Shown: positions 34,804-45,124 of the stretch, in pieces
How the letters are laid out: each line of letters starts with the position of its first letter
Numbering within the stretch: position 1 is the stretch's first letter
DNA from: a bacterium
GTDB taxonomy: Bacteria > UBA10199 > 2-02-FULL-50-16 > JAJFLM01
NCBI GenBank assembly: GCA_965216315.1
Contig: CBDCFN010000016.1
Location: 1,120,001-1,184,000 of the forward strand
DNA length: 64,000 nucleotides
Direction of reading: 5' to 3'
Notes under the pieces: generated by a model
Database searches by the model: none
What the model was told of the DNA's origin: nothing
Seen by the model: only the letters and a program-made list of their open reading frames with translations
Program-made: the position numbers and the translations under genes

Positions 34804-36998
34804 AATCATCTCTTAGTGTGCTAAGTGTTCCTGAATCAGATAAAGTCCGATTGAGCGATATTTTGGATCAGCTCGAAGGCTATGTTTCCGAGTCCGAAAT
34901 TGAGCTGGTCAAGAAAGCCTACATATTTAGTGCCAAGGCCCATGAAGGGCAAAAGCGTAGCTCTGGCGAGCCTTTTATGAGTCACCCATTGTGCGTGGCG
35001 CTCATTCTTGCCGAAATGCGTTTGGATAGTGCGACTGTCATTACGGGTTTATTGCATGATACAGTCGAAGATACGCTGGTAACAATCAAGGCCATCAAAG
35101 ATGTCTTTGGCGATCAAGTAGCCAAATTAGTAGATGGCGTCACAAAACTTAGTAAAATCAAATTTTCTTCAAGAGAAGCGCGGCAGGCTGAAAACTTTCG
35201 AAAAATGTTCATGGCTATGGCCGAAGATATCCGCGTCATTCTGGTCAAGTTGGCAGATCGTCTCCATAATATGAGGACCATTCATTATTTGCCGGAAAAT
35301 AAACGCATACGCATTGCTACGGAAACCATGGAGGTCTATGCGCCGATAGCCGGTCGCCTCGGCATTCAGGAGATGAAGATTGAGCTGGAGCAGAGGGCAT
35401 TTCGTTGTTTGAAGCCGGAGGTGTGGAATAAGATACAAAAGCAAGTTTCTAGATTGGAGAAGGTCAGTGAAAAATTCATCGGTGAGGTTGAAGGTGCCGT
35501 AAAGAAGGAACTTGGAGAGCATGGTATTGAAGCAAATGTTGAACATCGCTTTAAGCACCACTACAGCATTTACCGTAAAATGGATGCGCAAAATCTCGAC
35601 TTTGAACAGGTCTATGACATTATCGGCTTCCGTGTCTTGGTGAAGGAATTATCTGATTGCTATACGGCCTTGGGAGTCATCCATTCACTTTGGCAACCGG
35701 TTCCAGGGCGTTTCAAAGATTATATTGGTATGCCTAAGCTTAATAATTATCAATCTTTACATACGACAGTTATTGGCCCTCATGGTCATCGTGTTGAATT
35801 TCAGATCCGCAATGAAGAAATGCATGAAATAGCCGAATGGGGGATTGCCGCTCATTGGCGCTACAAAGTGAAAAATGAGATGACTGAAAAAGACGAAATG
35901 AAATTTCGTTGGTTGCGTCAGTTTATGGAATGGCAGCGAGATGTTTCAGATCCGGCAGAATACCTCGATATCGTTAAACTCGATTTGTTTGCTACGGATG
36001 TATATGTTTTTACGCCTAAAGGAGATATTCGTGAGTTTCCAAGAGGCTCGACACCTGTCGATTTTGCTTACTCCGTGCATACGGATGTGGGGAACAGTTG
36101 TATTGGTGCAAGAGTTAACGGCCGTATTGTCCCTTTGCGCTATATATTAAAGAGTGGAGATGAGGTAGAGATTCTTACCAGAAACGATCACACACCTTCA
36201 AAAGATTGGCTTAAATTTGTAAGGACGTCACGCGCACGCTCGAAAATAAGGCATTTTATTAGAAGTCAACAGCGCGATCGAGCTTTGGTGATAGGTCGCG
36301 AGATACTGGAAAAAGAATTTGCAAAGTTTGGGGCTGAAACGAGCAAGGAACTGAAACGCGCGGGCTTCAAAGAATTCATGAAGAGTCGCGGGATTGCCAG
36401 TGAAGAGGAGCTAATGGCGCAGCTTGGTTATGGTAAAGTCACACCGCGTCAGGTGGTGGCATCAATATTGCCTGCGGAGCAGTTGGCAGAGCCTACAGAA
36501 GAACCCGTAAAGGAAACGGCGCTTTCTAGAATTTTTCGAAGGGCGGTCAGGCGATCAAAGGGGATCGTAAGGGTCCAGGGGTTCGATGATATTCTGGTCA
36601 GTATCGGCAAATGTTGTTCGCCAATTCCGGGGGACTCAATAGTCGGTTTTGTCACGCGTGGAAGAGGGGTTACGGTTCATCGCGTCGATTGTTCTCGAGC
36701 TCTTACAATGGATCCTGATCGCCGCATTGATGTTGAGTGGGATGATTCTACGGAAAACCTTTCAGTCGCAAAAATCAGGATGCTTTGTCTTGATAAACCG
36801 GGATTGTTAGCGACCATCTCAAAAGAAATATCAGGTTATAACGTGAATATTTCCAATGCAAATTGTCGTGCTATCGGTGATGAAAAGGCCGTGAACACGT
36901 TTGAGCTTGCGATCCGCAGTGTACAAGAACTCAATCGCCTCATTCATTCGCTTGAAAAGCTTAAGGGTGTTATCAGCGTGGATCGAGTGACAAAGTGA
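34800..36998 (+). CDS. spoT: Bifunctional (p)ppGpp synthetase/hydrolase (long RSH, Rel/SpoT)
   Basis: HDTVED hydrolase motif, RFKD synthetase motif, YQSLHT, TGS, CCSPIPGD and ACT domains. Confidence 0.93.
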   Translation: MKSSLSVLSVPESDKVRLSDILDQLEGYVSESEIELVKKAYIFSAKAHEGQKRSSGEPFMSHPLCVALILAEMRLDSATVITGLLHDTVEDTLVTIKAIKDVFGDQVAKLVDGVTKLSKIKFSSREARQAENFRKMFMAMAEDIRVILVKLADRLHNMRTIHYLPENKRIRIATETMEVYAPIAGRLGIQEMKIELEQRAFRCLKPEVWNKIQKQVSRLEKVSEKFIGEVEGAVKKELGEHGIEANVEHRFKHHYSIYRKMDAQNLDFEQVYDIIGFRVLVKELSDCYTALGVIHSLWQPVPGRFKDYIGMPKLNNYQSLHTTVIGPHGHRVEFQIRNEEMHEIAEWGIAAHWRYKVKNEMTEKDEMKFRWLRQFMEWQRDVSDPAEYLDIVKLDLFATDVYVFTPKGDIREFPRGSTPVDFAYSVHTDVGNSCIGARVNGRIVPLRYILKSGDEVEILTRNDHTPSKDWLKFVRTSRARSKIRHFIRSQQRDRALVIGREILEKEFAKFGAETSKELKRAGFKEFMKSRGIASEEELMAQLGYGKVTPRQVVASILPAEQLAEPTEEPVKETALSRIFRRAVRRSKGIVRVQGFDDILVSIGKCCSPIPGDSIVGFVTRGRGVTVHRVDCSRALTMDPDRRIDVEWDDSTENLSVAKIRMLCLDKPGLLATISKEISGYNVNISNANCRAIGDEKAVNTFELAIRSVQELNRLIHSLEKLKGVISVDRVTK

Positions 36999-37369
36999 CG
37001 ATGAAAGAACATCTCGATCGAGGTAATCAGGCTGAAGAAATAGCGGCTCGTTATCTCAAGGGTGAGGGTTATGAGTTGTTGGAACGAAATTACCGCTGTC
37101 GACAGGGTGAGATTGATATTATCGCCAGCAAAGATCATACGATCCACTTTGTAGAAGTGAAGGGGCGCTGGAGCGCGGAGACGGGTGGGCCTTTGGAACA
37201 GGTGACGGCACGGAAGATGAAGCAGATCGCGCGGGTGGCGCTTGTTTATCTCCAGCGCCATCAGAAGCTGCGTGACTGGCGGGCTTTTTTTTCGGTGCTG
37301 GGTGTGGATAACAGGTCAAATAATCAGCAAATTCAATGGGTTCCAGATGCATTCGACCTGCCGGTCTAA
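36995..37369 (+). CDS. yraN: YraN/UPF0102 family nuclease-like protein
   Basis: G..AEE.A..YL, RNYRCRQGEIDII, FVEVK. Confidence 0.9.
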   Translation: MTMKEHLDRGNQAEEIAARYLKGEGYELLERNYRCRQGEIDIIASKDHTIHFVEVKGRWSAETGGPLEQVTARKMKQIARVALVYLQRHQKLRDWRAFFSVLGVDNRSNNQQIQWVPDAFDLPV

Positions 37370-37402
37370 GGGACGCGCGGGGTGAGGCGTGACGGAAATT
37401 GG

Positions 37403-37431
37403 TAGACAATACGGGGTCCTTTGACTATAGA
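37403..37431 (+). promoter_or_regulatory. Putative sigma70 promoter of the acyl-CoA ligase cluster
   Basis: TAGACA-N17-TATAGA. Confidence 0.4.
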
Positions 37432-37464
37432 CAGCGTACCAAGCCGTAATTCTTAAGGATTTCT

Positions 37465-39246
37465 ATGGCTCCCAAAAACCTTATTGCCGTCTTTGAAAAG
37501 TCGGCCCTTCAGTTCGGTGATCAAGAATGTTTCCTGGTCAAGGAGGCGGGTGATTGGGTGCCGTGGTCTTGGCGGGAAGTTCGCGGCAAAGTGCGCGCCT
37601 TGTCCGCGGCTTTGCAAGGCTTAGGGGTTACCAAGGGCGACTGCGTTTCCATCCTTTCTTCAACCCGACCTGAATGGACCTTGGCCGATCTGGCCATCCT
37701 GTCGTTGGGGGCGATTACCGCACCTATCTATCAGTCTAATCTGCCTGATGAGGTCCAATTTATTCTCAATAACTCGGACGCCAAGGGGATATTTGTTGAG
37801 GATGAAGTTCAGTTAAGGAAGGTTCTTGATGTTAAAGATAAGTTGCCGCGACTGGAATTTATCGTCGTTATACGGGGTGGCTCCAAGGCCGAGCAGGCAC
37901 TTTCTCTCCGGGACTTATTGAAGACCGACGAGAAACAGGCAAGCAGCTATGATCGTAATATTAAGGAGTTGGACGGTTCAAGTGTGGCGTCGTATGTTTA
38001 TACTTCCGGGACTACGGGAAAACCAAAGGGAGCCGTTCTTACTCACAATAATTTCATTTCAGAAATAATGGCTGTTGGTAAGGCTTTTGATGTTACGCCG
38101 AACGATATTAGCTTGTCATTTCTGCCATTGGCACACATCCTCGCCCGAGCTATTCAGTTCTATCAGCTGCATGTAGGCTTTACGTTTGCGTTTGCTGAGT
38201 CCATTGAAAAGCTGGCAGGAAATATTCAGGATATTCGCCCGAATTTTCTCGTGAGTGTCCCCCGTATCTTTGAAAAGGTATATGAACGGATACTTTCTCA
38301 AGTTCATGCTTCATCATCGCTAAAGCAGGGAATGTTTAATTGGGCGAAAAAAGTCGGGTCTGAGTACAGTGAAGCCAAGCAAAAAAAGAAACCCGCTGCA
38401 GTGATGGTCAGTTTTCAGTATTTATTGGCGTCTAAATTAGTCTTTCAGAAAATCAGAGACAGGCTGGGCGGAAGGATGCGATTTGCAGTGTCCGGAGGCG
38501 CGCCCTTGGCGCAAGAAATTGCCGAGTTTTTTCACGCGGCTGGAATTCTCGTTCATGAGGGCTATGGACTGACGGAAACGACGGCGGCGATTAATATTAT
38601 GACGGAAGATAATATTGAATTCGGTACAGTGGGCCCCCCTGTTGAGGGAGTTGAAGAGAAAATCGCTGAAGATGGGGAGATTTTGGTTAGAGGCTCCACG
38701 GTTTTCCAGGGCTATTATCGCAATGATGAGGCGACCCGTGAGGTGTTAGATGAGGATGGATGGTTTCATACCGGGGATATTGGTGAGTTCACGCTTTCAG
38801 GATCGCTAAAAATTACCGATCGCAAAAAAGATATTATTGTCACGGCCGGCGGAAAAAATGTGGCGCCGCAAAAAATCGAGAACCTCATCAAAACCAACAA
38901 GTATATCAGTCAGGTAGTTGTTCATGGCGATAAACGAAAGTATTTAACGGCCTTGATCACGCTCAATGAGGAAGAGGTGGATAAGTATGCGGCCGATAAG
39001 GGTTTTTCCTCGAATGGCGCTCCCTTGGTCAAGCATGACAAGGTGGAGAATCTTGTTAAGAAGATCATTGAAGAGAACAATAAACACTTGCCCAGCTACG
39101 AGACGATAAAGCGTTTTGCGATCATGGAAAGCGATTTTACTCAAGAAAGTGGTGAACTGACTCCGTCATTAAAAGTTAAAAGACGCTTTGTGGCAGAGAA
39201 GTACGCTGATATACTCAACAACCTTTATCATGAAGGTGATTCTTAA
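37465..39246 (+). CDS. Long-chain fatty acid--CoA ligase (AMP-dependent)
   Basis: YTSGTTGKPKG, EGYGLTET, GWFHTGDIG, DRKKDIIVTAGGKNVAP, ELTPSLK. Confidence 0.92.
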   Translation: MAPKNLIAVFEKSALQFGDQECFLVKEAGDWVPWSWREVRGKVRALSAALQGLGVTKGDCVSILSSTRPEWTLADLAILSLGAITAPIYQSNLPDEVQFILNNSDAKGIFVEDEVQLRKVLDVKDKLPRLEFIVVIRGGSKAEQALSLRDLLKTDEKQASSYDRNIKELDGSSVASYVYTSGTTGKPKGAVLTHNNFISEIMAVGKAFDVTPNDISLSFLPLAHILARAIQFYQLHVGFTFAFAESIEKLAGNIQDIRPNFLVSVPRIFEKVYERILSQVHASSSLKQGMFNWAKKVGSEYSEAKQKKKPAAVMVSFQYLLASKLVFQKIRDRLGGRMRFAVSGGAPLAQEIAEFFHAAGILVHEGYGLTETTAAINIMTEDNIEFGTVGPPVEGVEEKIAEDGEILVRGSTVFQGYYRNDEATREVLDEDGWFHTGDIGEFTLSGSLKITDRKKDIIVTAGGKNVAPQKIENLIKTNKYISQVVVHGDKRKYLTALITLNEEEVDKYAADKGFSSNGAPLVKHDKVENLVKKIIEENNKHLPSYETIKRFAIMESDFTQESGELTPSLKVKRRFVAEKYADILNNLYHEGDS

Positions 39247-39272
39247 AACCTAGTATCGAGGGGGTACAATAA

Positions 39273-39659
39273 ATGGCAGATACACCAACGCAATCGTCAG
39301 GATCGAAGGGGTCGGGTTTGGCTCCTAATGTGGCAAGCATGCTATGTTATGTTTGTATGCCGATCACCAGCATCATCTTTCTCCTGATCGAGAAAGAAAA
39401 TAAGGACGTCCAGTTCCACGCTTGGCAGGGAACAACCTTTGGGGTGGCGTACATCCTATTGATAGTTGTTTTGCAGATATTGGCAGCGATCCTGGGAGCC
39501 ATCGCCAGTGTCATTGGGGTTATTTTCGGTCTTTTGATCCCAATCATTGGAATCGTGGCCTTTGTTCTGTGGATTATTTGCTTGGTGAAGGCTTACCAAG
39601 GTGAGCGCTGGAAGATCCCGTACATCGGAAACTTCGCCGCCAGTAAAGCCGGCGTATAA
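39273..39659 (+). CDS. DUF4870/Tic20-like membrane protein
   Basis: GLAPNVASMLCY, VQFHAWQ, KAYQGERWKIPYIG. Confidence 0.8.
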   Translation: MADTPTQSSGSKGSGLAPNVASMLCYVCMPITSIIFLLIEKENKDVQFHAWQGTTFGVAYILLIVVLQILAAILGAIASVIGVIFGLLIPIIGIVAFVLWIICLVKAYQGERWKIPYIGNFAASKAGV

Positions 39660-40056
39660 GTCGGGACATCGCTTTAACCGCGCAAGGGTTCCAAGGGCGG
39701 CAGTTGTACTGGCACTGCTGCTCTTGGGGCTCGTGTTCGTCCCATTAGCTTGGCTAGGCGGGTCGCAGACGTGTGCGGTGAGGCAGTTTCTCGGCGTCGA
39801 TTGTCCAGGATGTGGCCTCGTGCGATCATGGGTGGCATTGAGTGACCTGGATTGGCGCAAGGCCTTTGCCCTGTATCCACTCGGGCCCTTCATCTATTTA
39901 GGGATATGGCTCTATATTATAGATGAAGGGCGCGTGTACGTAATGGGCGACCGATGGAGCCCGCTTGTCAGGCGCTTGTCCAATTCACGCTTAGCGTTAT
40001 GTTTGGTTGGAATGATTCTTATCCAGTGGATTGCCAAGCTAGCAGGGCTGTGGTAG
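39601..40056 (+). CDS. DUF2752-family membrane protein (start uncertain)
   Basis: C..RQFLGVDCPGCGLVRS motif flanked by TM segments. Confidence 0.75.
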   Translation: MSAGRSRTSETSPPVKPAYKSGHRFNRARVPRAAVVLALLLLGLVFVPLAWLGGSQTCAVRQFLGVDCPGCGLVRSWVALSDLDWRKAFALYPLGPFIYLGIWLYIIDEGRVYVMGDRWSPLVRRLSNSRLALCLVGMILIQWIAKLAGLW

Positions 40057-40081
40057 GAAGATGGCCATCTGAGGAGGAGAC

Positions 40082-40414
40082 ATGTCAGTAGAAACAGCCA
40101 GAGAGTATTTCGAACAGAAAATTCCGGAGATTATTCAGCAAAGGGCAGATCGTCTTAAGAGTATCGGGGCGATTTATGAATTTCAAATCACTGGAGACGA
40201 TGGTGGAACGTGGACGCTGAATCTCAAGGAAGAGCCGGCGTATATTCAGGAAGAAAGCGCTGGGGAGCCCGATTGTACTGTGGTCATGCAGGATATGGCC
40301 TTCGTTAAGATGATCAATGGCGACCTTAAGCCTCAGATGGCGTTTTTGACGGGTAAATTGAAAGTAACAGGCAATATGGGGCTGGCACTTAAACTGACCA
40401 CACTCTTTGATTAA
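40082..40414 (+). CDS. SCP2 sterol/lipid-binding domain protein
   Basis: FQITGDDGGTW, PQMAFLTGKLKVTGNMGLALKL. Confidence 0.9.
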   Translation: MSVETAREYFEQKIPEIIQQRADRLKSIGAIYEFQITGDDGGTWTLNLKEEPAYIQEESAGEPDCTVVMQDMAFVKMINGDLKPQMAFLTGKLKVTGNMGLALKLTTLFD

Positions 40415-40417
40415 GTT

Positions 40418-41614
40418 GTGAGCCCAGCATCTTCCGCTCAGGGTCGTCCGCTTTCAGGTATTGTCGTTCTCGACTTGAGCCGCCTTTTTCCGGGCGGCTT
40501 TTGTACACTCCAACTAGCCGATCTTGGGGCCCGGGTCATCAAGATAGAAGAGCCTGGCGTTGGCGACTTTTATCGAGCGACGGGAGCCCCTGCACTTCTT
40601 GGGGAAGGGTATTACCAGGCACTCAATAGGAATAAAGAAAGTCTCTCGCTCAACCTCAAATCAAAAGCCGGCAAAGCTATTTTTTTAAAGCTCGTTGCGC
40701 AAGCCGATGTTGTCGTGGAGAGCTTTAGGCCGGGGCGGTTGGATAAACTAGGGCTCGGTTATCATAGCCTCAAGCGGCGCAACAAAGGGATCATTGTTTG
40801 TTCGATTACCGGTTATGGGCAGACGGGACCGCGGGCCCAAGAAGCCGGACATGATCTCAATTACATGGCGACTGCGGGACTTATGAGCCTGACCGGCGAT
40901 CCCAATAAACCGAATGTTCTTGGTTTTCAACTTGCCGACATGGCTGGCGGGGGTCTTTATGGGGCTTTTGCGATTCTTGCCGCGCTTCAGGCGCGGAATC
41001 GGACTAGGAAGGGAACCTGGATCGACCTTTCGATGACGGAGGGGGCGCTTTCTTTAGCGGGCGTTCATTTGTCCGGCATGGCGTGGGACAATAAGTGGGT
41101 AGATCCTGCTTCAGGTCTTCTCGACGGAGGAGCGGCGAGTTATAATGTCTATACCTCGAAGGACGGTGCTCCATTTGCGCTAGCGGCATTGGAGCCAAAA
41201 TTTTGGGAGCTCTTTCAGAAGGTTACGAAACTGAGATTTTCCGTATCTTCGGGATTTGATAAAGCATTATTTTCAACGAATGTGCATAAACGAGTTGCAA
41301 AATTGTTTTCTGAGCGAACGAGAGCGGCATGGATGAAACTAGCGCGCAAATTTGATATTTGTTTGAGCCCCATTCAAGGCTTAAGCGCTGTTCTCAAAGA
41401 TCCACAGTTCAAAGTAAGACATTTGTTTGGGACGATAAGCGGTCCGAGCAGGAGAAAAATCCCTTTTGTTCGACTGCCTTTTCTGTGGCAAGGGCGACGT
41501 CTTGGCTCGATACGGCGCGCTCCTGGTTTAGGTGCGGATAATGAGCGTATTTTGCGTGGACTGGGTTTTCGCACAACCCAGATCAAGCAGTTAGAGAAGG
41601 AAGGGGTTCTGTAA
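40418..41614 (+). CDS. CoA-transferase family III (CaiB/BaiF, AMACR-like)
   Basis: PLSGIVVLDLSR, LADLGARVIKIE, NRNKES, GHDLNY, ADMAGG. Confidence 0.9.
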   Translation: MSPASSAQGRPLSGIVVLDLSRLFPGGFCTLQLADLGARVIKIEEPGVGDFYRATGAPALLGEGYYQALNRNKESLSLNLKSKAGKAIFLKLVAQADVVVESFRPGRLDKLGLGYHSLKRRNKGIIVCSITGYGQTGPRAQEAGHDLNYMATAGLMSLTGDPNKPNVLGFQLADMAGGGLYGAFAILAALQARNRTRKGTWIDLSMTEGALSLAGVHLSGMAWDNKWVDPASGLLDGGAASYNVYTSKDGAPFALAALEPKFWELFQKVTKLRFSVSSGFDKALFSTNVHKRVAKLFSERTRAAWMKLARKFDICLSPIQGLSAVLKDPQFKVRHLFGTISGPSRRKIPFVRLPFLWQGRRLGSIRRAPGLGADNERILRGLGFRTTQIKQLEKEGVL

Positions 41615-43246
41615 GTGAAGGTGGCCCTTGGGCAATTTAATGCGACGATTGGAGATTTTTCAGGGAATCTGGAAAAAATCCTGGGCATGATTGCGCAGGC
41701 TGAAAAAGGGGGGGCAGAGCTCATTGTTTTTCCCGAGCTTGCCGTCTCAGGCTATCCACCGCGCGATTTATTAGAAAAAAAACATTTTATAGATTCCAAT
41801 TTGGAAGTGCTGCAGGCTTTGTTGCCGGCATCTCGTCGAATTGGGATCCTTATTGGTCATATTGCGAGGAATGAGCAACACGGTGAAAAGTCACTCTTGA
41901 ATGCAGCCAGTTTCATAACGGATGAGAGGATCCAGTTAACGTACGCGAAGCGACTTCTGCCAACTTATGATGTATTTGATGAGGAAAGATATTTTGCGTG
42001 CGGAAAGGTTCCGGGGTATTTTGAATTTGGCGGTCTGCGCTTTGGGGTGACGATCTGCGAAGATATTTGGAACGATAAGCGTTATTGGGAAGATCCGAAA
42101 TACAGTATTGATCCGGTCGCTGAGCTGGTGGAGCAGAGGGTTACACATATTCTGAACCTTTCCGCCTCTCCTTATGGGTGGGATAAGGAGGCTGTTCGTT
42201 TGGAAATGATTCGGGCCATCGCCAAGCGTTATGAAAGGCCGGTTTATTTTTGTAATTTGGTCGGAGGCAATGATGAGCTCGTATTTGACGGGCGATCCAC
42301 TGTAGTCAATTCAGGTGGTCAGGTTGTGGCGGAAGCCGCGTGCTTTGAGGATGATCTCTTGTTGGTGGATGATGTTGAGACCCTGCCGGAGGCGCAGATT
42401 GATCTCGAACGCGATCAGCGAGAGACGATTCTGAAAGCCTTGAGCCTTGGTGTCCATGATTATGTGACAAAATGCGGTTTTACTAAGGTGGTCTTGGGCC
42501 TTTCAGGCGGTGTTGACTCGGCTTTGGTCTTAAAAATTGCGGTTGAAGCGTTAGGCGCGGAGAACGTGGATGCGCTTATTATGCCGTCGCGCTATACCAG
42601 TTCCGAGACGCTGAGTGATGCCAAGCAGCTTGCGGAGCATCTGGGGATTACTCACCATGTTATTTCAATCGAGCCTATTTTTGAGGCGTATTTGACAAGT
42701 TTAAGGGAAGTGTTTGGAGCGTCGACTCCGGATACGACTGAAGAAAATATTCAAGCGCGTATTCGAGGGAATTTGCTCATGGCCTATTCCAATAAATATG
42801 GGCATTTATTGCTTTCCACTGGGAATAAATCGGAACTTTCTGTTGGCTACTGTACTCTCTATGGCGACATGTCGGGAGGACTTGCCGTCATCTCCGATAT
42901 TCCCAAGACACTCGTGTATGAATTGTGTGAATGGATCAATCGAGAGCGAGAGGAGATTCCACAGCGTATTCTGACGCGGCCGCCTTCGGCTGAACTAAGG
43001 CCTGATCAGAAAGATCAGGATTCGTTGCCGCCCTATAGTGTGCTTGACCCTATCCTGAAGGCCTACATTGAGGATCATCAAAGTCGTGAATCAATCATTG
43101 CGATGGGAAACGATGCCTCGATAGTGGATGAAGTCATTCGGCGGATCGTCCAAAATGAATATAAGCGTCAACAGATGCCAATCGGGATAAAGGTCAGCAA
43201 AAAGGCGTTTGGTATGGGGCGCCGTTTGCCGCTTGCCAAAAAATGA
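41615..43246 (+). CDS. nadE: Glutamine-dependent NAD+ synthetase
   Basis: Nitrilase domain (FPEL, ICEDIW) followed by LSGGVDS, ENIQARIRG, TGNKSE. Confidence 0.95.
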   Translation: MKVALGQFNATIGDFSGNLEKILGMIAQAEKGGAELIVFPELAVSGYPPRDLLEKKHFIDSNLEVLQALLPASRRIGILIGHIARNEQHGEKSLLNAASFITDERIQLTYAKRLLPTYDVFDEERYFACGKVPGYFEFGGLRFGVTICEDIWNDKRYWEDPKYSIDPVAELVEQRVTHILNLSASPYGWDKEAVRLEMIRAIAKRYERPVYFCNLVGGNDELVFDGRSTVVNSGGQVVAEAACFEDDLLLVDDVETLPEAQIDLERDQRETILKALSLGVHDYVTKCGFTKVVLGLSGGVDSALVLKIAVEALGAENVDALIMPSRYTSSETLSDAKQLAEHLGITHHVISIEPIFEAYLTSLREVFGASTPDTTEENIQARIRGNLLMAYSNKYGHLLLSTGNKSELSVGYCTLYGDMSGGLAVISDIPKTLVYELCEWINREREEIPQRILTRPPSAELRPDQKDQDSLPPYSVLDPILKAYIEDHQSRESIIAMGNDASIVDEVIRRIVQNEYKRQQMPIGIKVSKKAFGMGRRLPLAKK

Positions 43247-43944
43247 CACAGCCAACCGGTATTTTATATGTTGTCGCCACTCCCATAGGGAATTTGGAGG
43301 ATATATCTACGCGTGCGCAGCGGATTTTACGAGAAGTCGATATGATTGCTGCGGAAGATACGCGGCATACACGGAAATTGCTGACGCATTGTCAGATACA
43401 GAACCAACTCATTTCTTATCATGACCATAATGAGTCGAGGCAGAGTGAGGCGCTTATTAAAAAGCTTCTTTCTGGTCAGTCACTGGCGTTAGTGAGTGAC
43501 GCGGGCACGCCCTGTATTTCAGATCCAGGATATCGCTTGGTTCGTCGTTGTTCGGAATTAGCCATTCGAGTTATTCCAATCCCGGGGCCCTCCGCGGCTA
43601 TCGCAGCACTTTCGGCGGCAGGTCTTCCAACGCATCAATTTTATTTTGCCGGTTTTCCTCCATTAAAGGCGGGGAAGCGACGCAAGTTTTTCTTAGAGCT
43701 CGCTACTATTCCTGTCACGGTCGTGTTTTATGAATCACCCTATCGGATACAGAAAACATTGGAGATGATGCAGGAGTTAATGGGCAATCGTGAATGTGTG
43801 GTGGCCCGCGAACTTACCAAGGTCCATGAGGAGTTTATGCGAGGGCCTATTTCAGATGTGCGCCAGGCCATTGGAGCTAAAGGGGTTAAGGGGGAGTTTG
43901 TTATTTTGCTTTCGGGGTGCTCGGAGCCTGACGCCAAAAAGTAA
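43243..43944 (+). CDS. rsmI: 16S rRNA C1402 2'-O-methyltransferase RsmI
   Basis: VATPIGNLEDI, AEDTR, SDAGTPCISDPG, RELTKVHEE. Confidence 0.95.
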   Translation: MTQPTGILYVVATPIGNLEDISTRAQRILREVDMIAAEDTRHTRKLLTHCQIQNQLISYHDHNESRQSEALIKKLLSGQSLALVSDAGTPCISDPGYRLVRRCSELAIRVIPIPGPSAAIAALSAAGLPTHQFYFAGFPPLKAGKRRKFFLELATIPVTVVFYESPYRIQKTLEMMQELMGNRECVVARELTKVHEEFMRGPISDVRQAIGAKGVKGEFVILLSGCSEPDAKK

Positions 43945-44929
43945 CTTTTCCTGCCTTGGGGTCGGCGACGACCACGGTACCGTCATTCATGACTTCAATC
44001 CCGGTCGGTTCGCGTAAGTCAGGAGTTTTGGATGGCGTATCACCCCAAACCATATTAGGTCGAACGACGGTGCTGACGTCTTCGTGGGTCAGGCTGAGAC
44101 GTTGGATGCGATGATTTCCCGTGTCAGCAACGTAGACAAGGCCGTTCGAGTCAAGTGCAAGGCCTCGAGGGTCTCGGAGTTGGCCTGCTTCCGCTCCCAT
44201 CCCTCCCCATTTTTTCTTGAAAATTCCATCGCTGCTGAACAGTTGGATACGGTCATTTAAATCGATTACCCAGAGATTGCCCTCGTCATCACATTTTAGG
44301 CCCGTCGGGGCAAAAATACGTCCATCGCCGTCTCCCGATTCCCCAAACTCTTTGACGTAGGTTCCGTCGCTTTTGTACTGGATGATTTTGTCGCGGGCGA
44401 GGGCGGCGACAAAGATATTGCCCAAGGGGGAGACGCAGAGCCCACCTAATTGGGTGAACTTGCCTGGCTCGTCACCTCGTTCGCCGAATTGTCGGACGTA
44501 TTTCCCATCTGTACTGACGGCGTAAATGACGCCTTCGTACAGCTCGCCGACGTAAAGCGTGTTCAACCCGTCATAGGCAATCTTGACGGGAAACGCCATA
44601 CGCCTGTCTTGCGTTGCCTGGAGCATCCAGACCATTTTGCCCTCGGGGCTGAGCTTGATGACCGCGCGATTGCCTATATCCGTCACGTAAACAGATCCAT
44701 CGTTGCCGATGGCGATGTCGGCTGGCTTGACGAGTTGAATTTCGCTCGTCAGCAGCGTGATTTCACTGATTTTCTCATAGGGTGGCTCGGCCGGGACGAT
44801 GGGTAGTGAGACCACCTTGGCGCCTTTTTCGGACTTGGGGACCATTTTAAGATTTTTTGCGTGAAGCGCTGGCGGACTCAGGAGGAGGATGAGCGCGAAG
44901 CCTAACAATATCGTATACTTATATAACAT
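43901..44929 (-). CDS. Secreted NHL-repeat beta-propeller protein
   Basis: Signal peptide ending ALHA; repeats such as PRGLALDSNGLVYVADTGNHRIQ. Confidence 0.85.
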   Translation of the reverse strand: MLYKYTILLGFALILLLSPPALHAKNLKMVPKSEKGAKVVSLPIVPAEPPYEKISEITLLTSEIQLVKPADIAIGNDGSVYVTDIGNRAVIKLSPEGKMVWMLQATQDRRMAFPVKIAYDGLNTLYVGELYEGVIYAVSTDGKYVRQFGERGDEPGKFTQLGGLCVSPLGNIFVAALARDKIIQYKSDGTYVKEFGESGDGDGRIFAPTGLKCDDEGNLWVIDLNDRIQLFSSDGIFKKKWGGMGAEAGQLRDPRGLALDSNGLVYVADTGNHRIQRLSLTHEDVSTVVRPNMVWGDTPSKTPDLREPTGIEVMNDGTVVVADPKAGKVTFWRQAPSTPKAK

Positions 44930-45084
44930 GCTTCAATGATGATTATAAGGGATTTTACCTGTCGAACGCAACCGGTCAATGAGCTAAGGGTTCAAAATTA
45001 GGGTGTTTTTTGGCATGATTTGAACTTGCCATGGTCCATGGCATATGGCATAGAGAGGACAGATTTTCCGGCTGCTCTATCTGG

Positions 45085-45113
45085 AAAGTGGGCCTCATGC
45101 CCGCTTTTTTTTT
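45085..45113 (+). terminator. rimP leader hairpin with U-tract (attenuator-like)
   Basis: AAAGTGGGC-CTCAT-GCCCGCTTTTTTTTT immediately before the rimP start. Confidence 0.7.
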
Positions 45114-45124
45114 CGGCTATTGTG

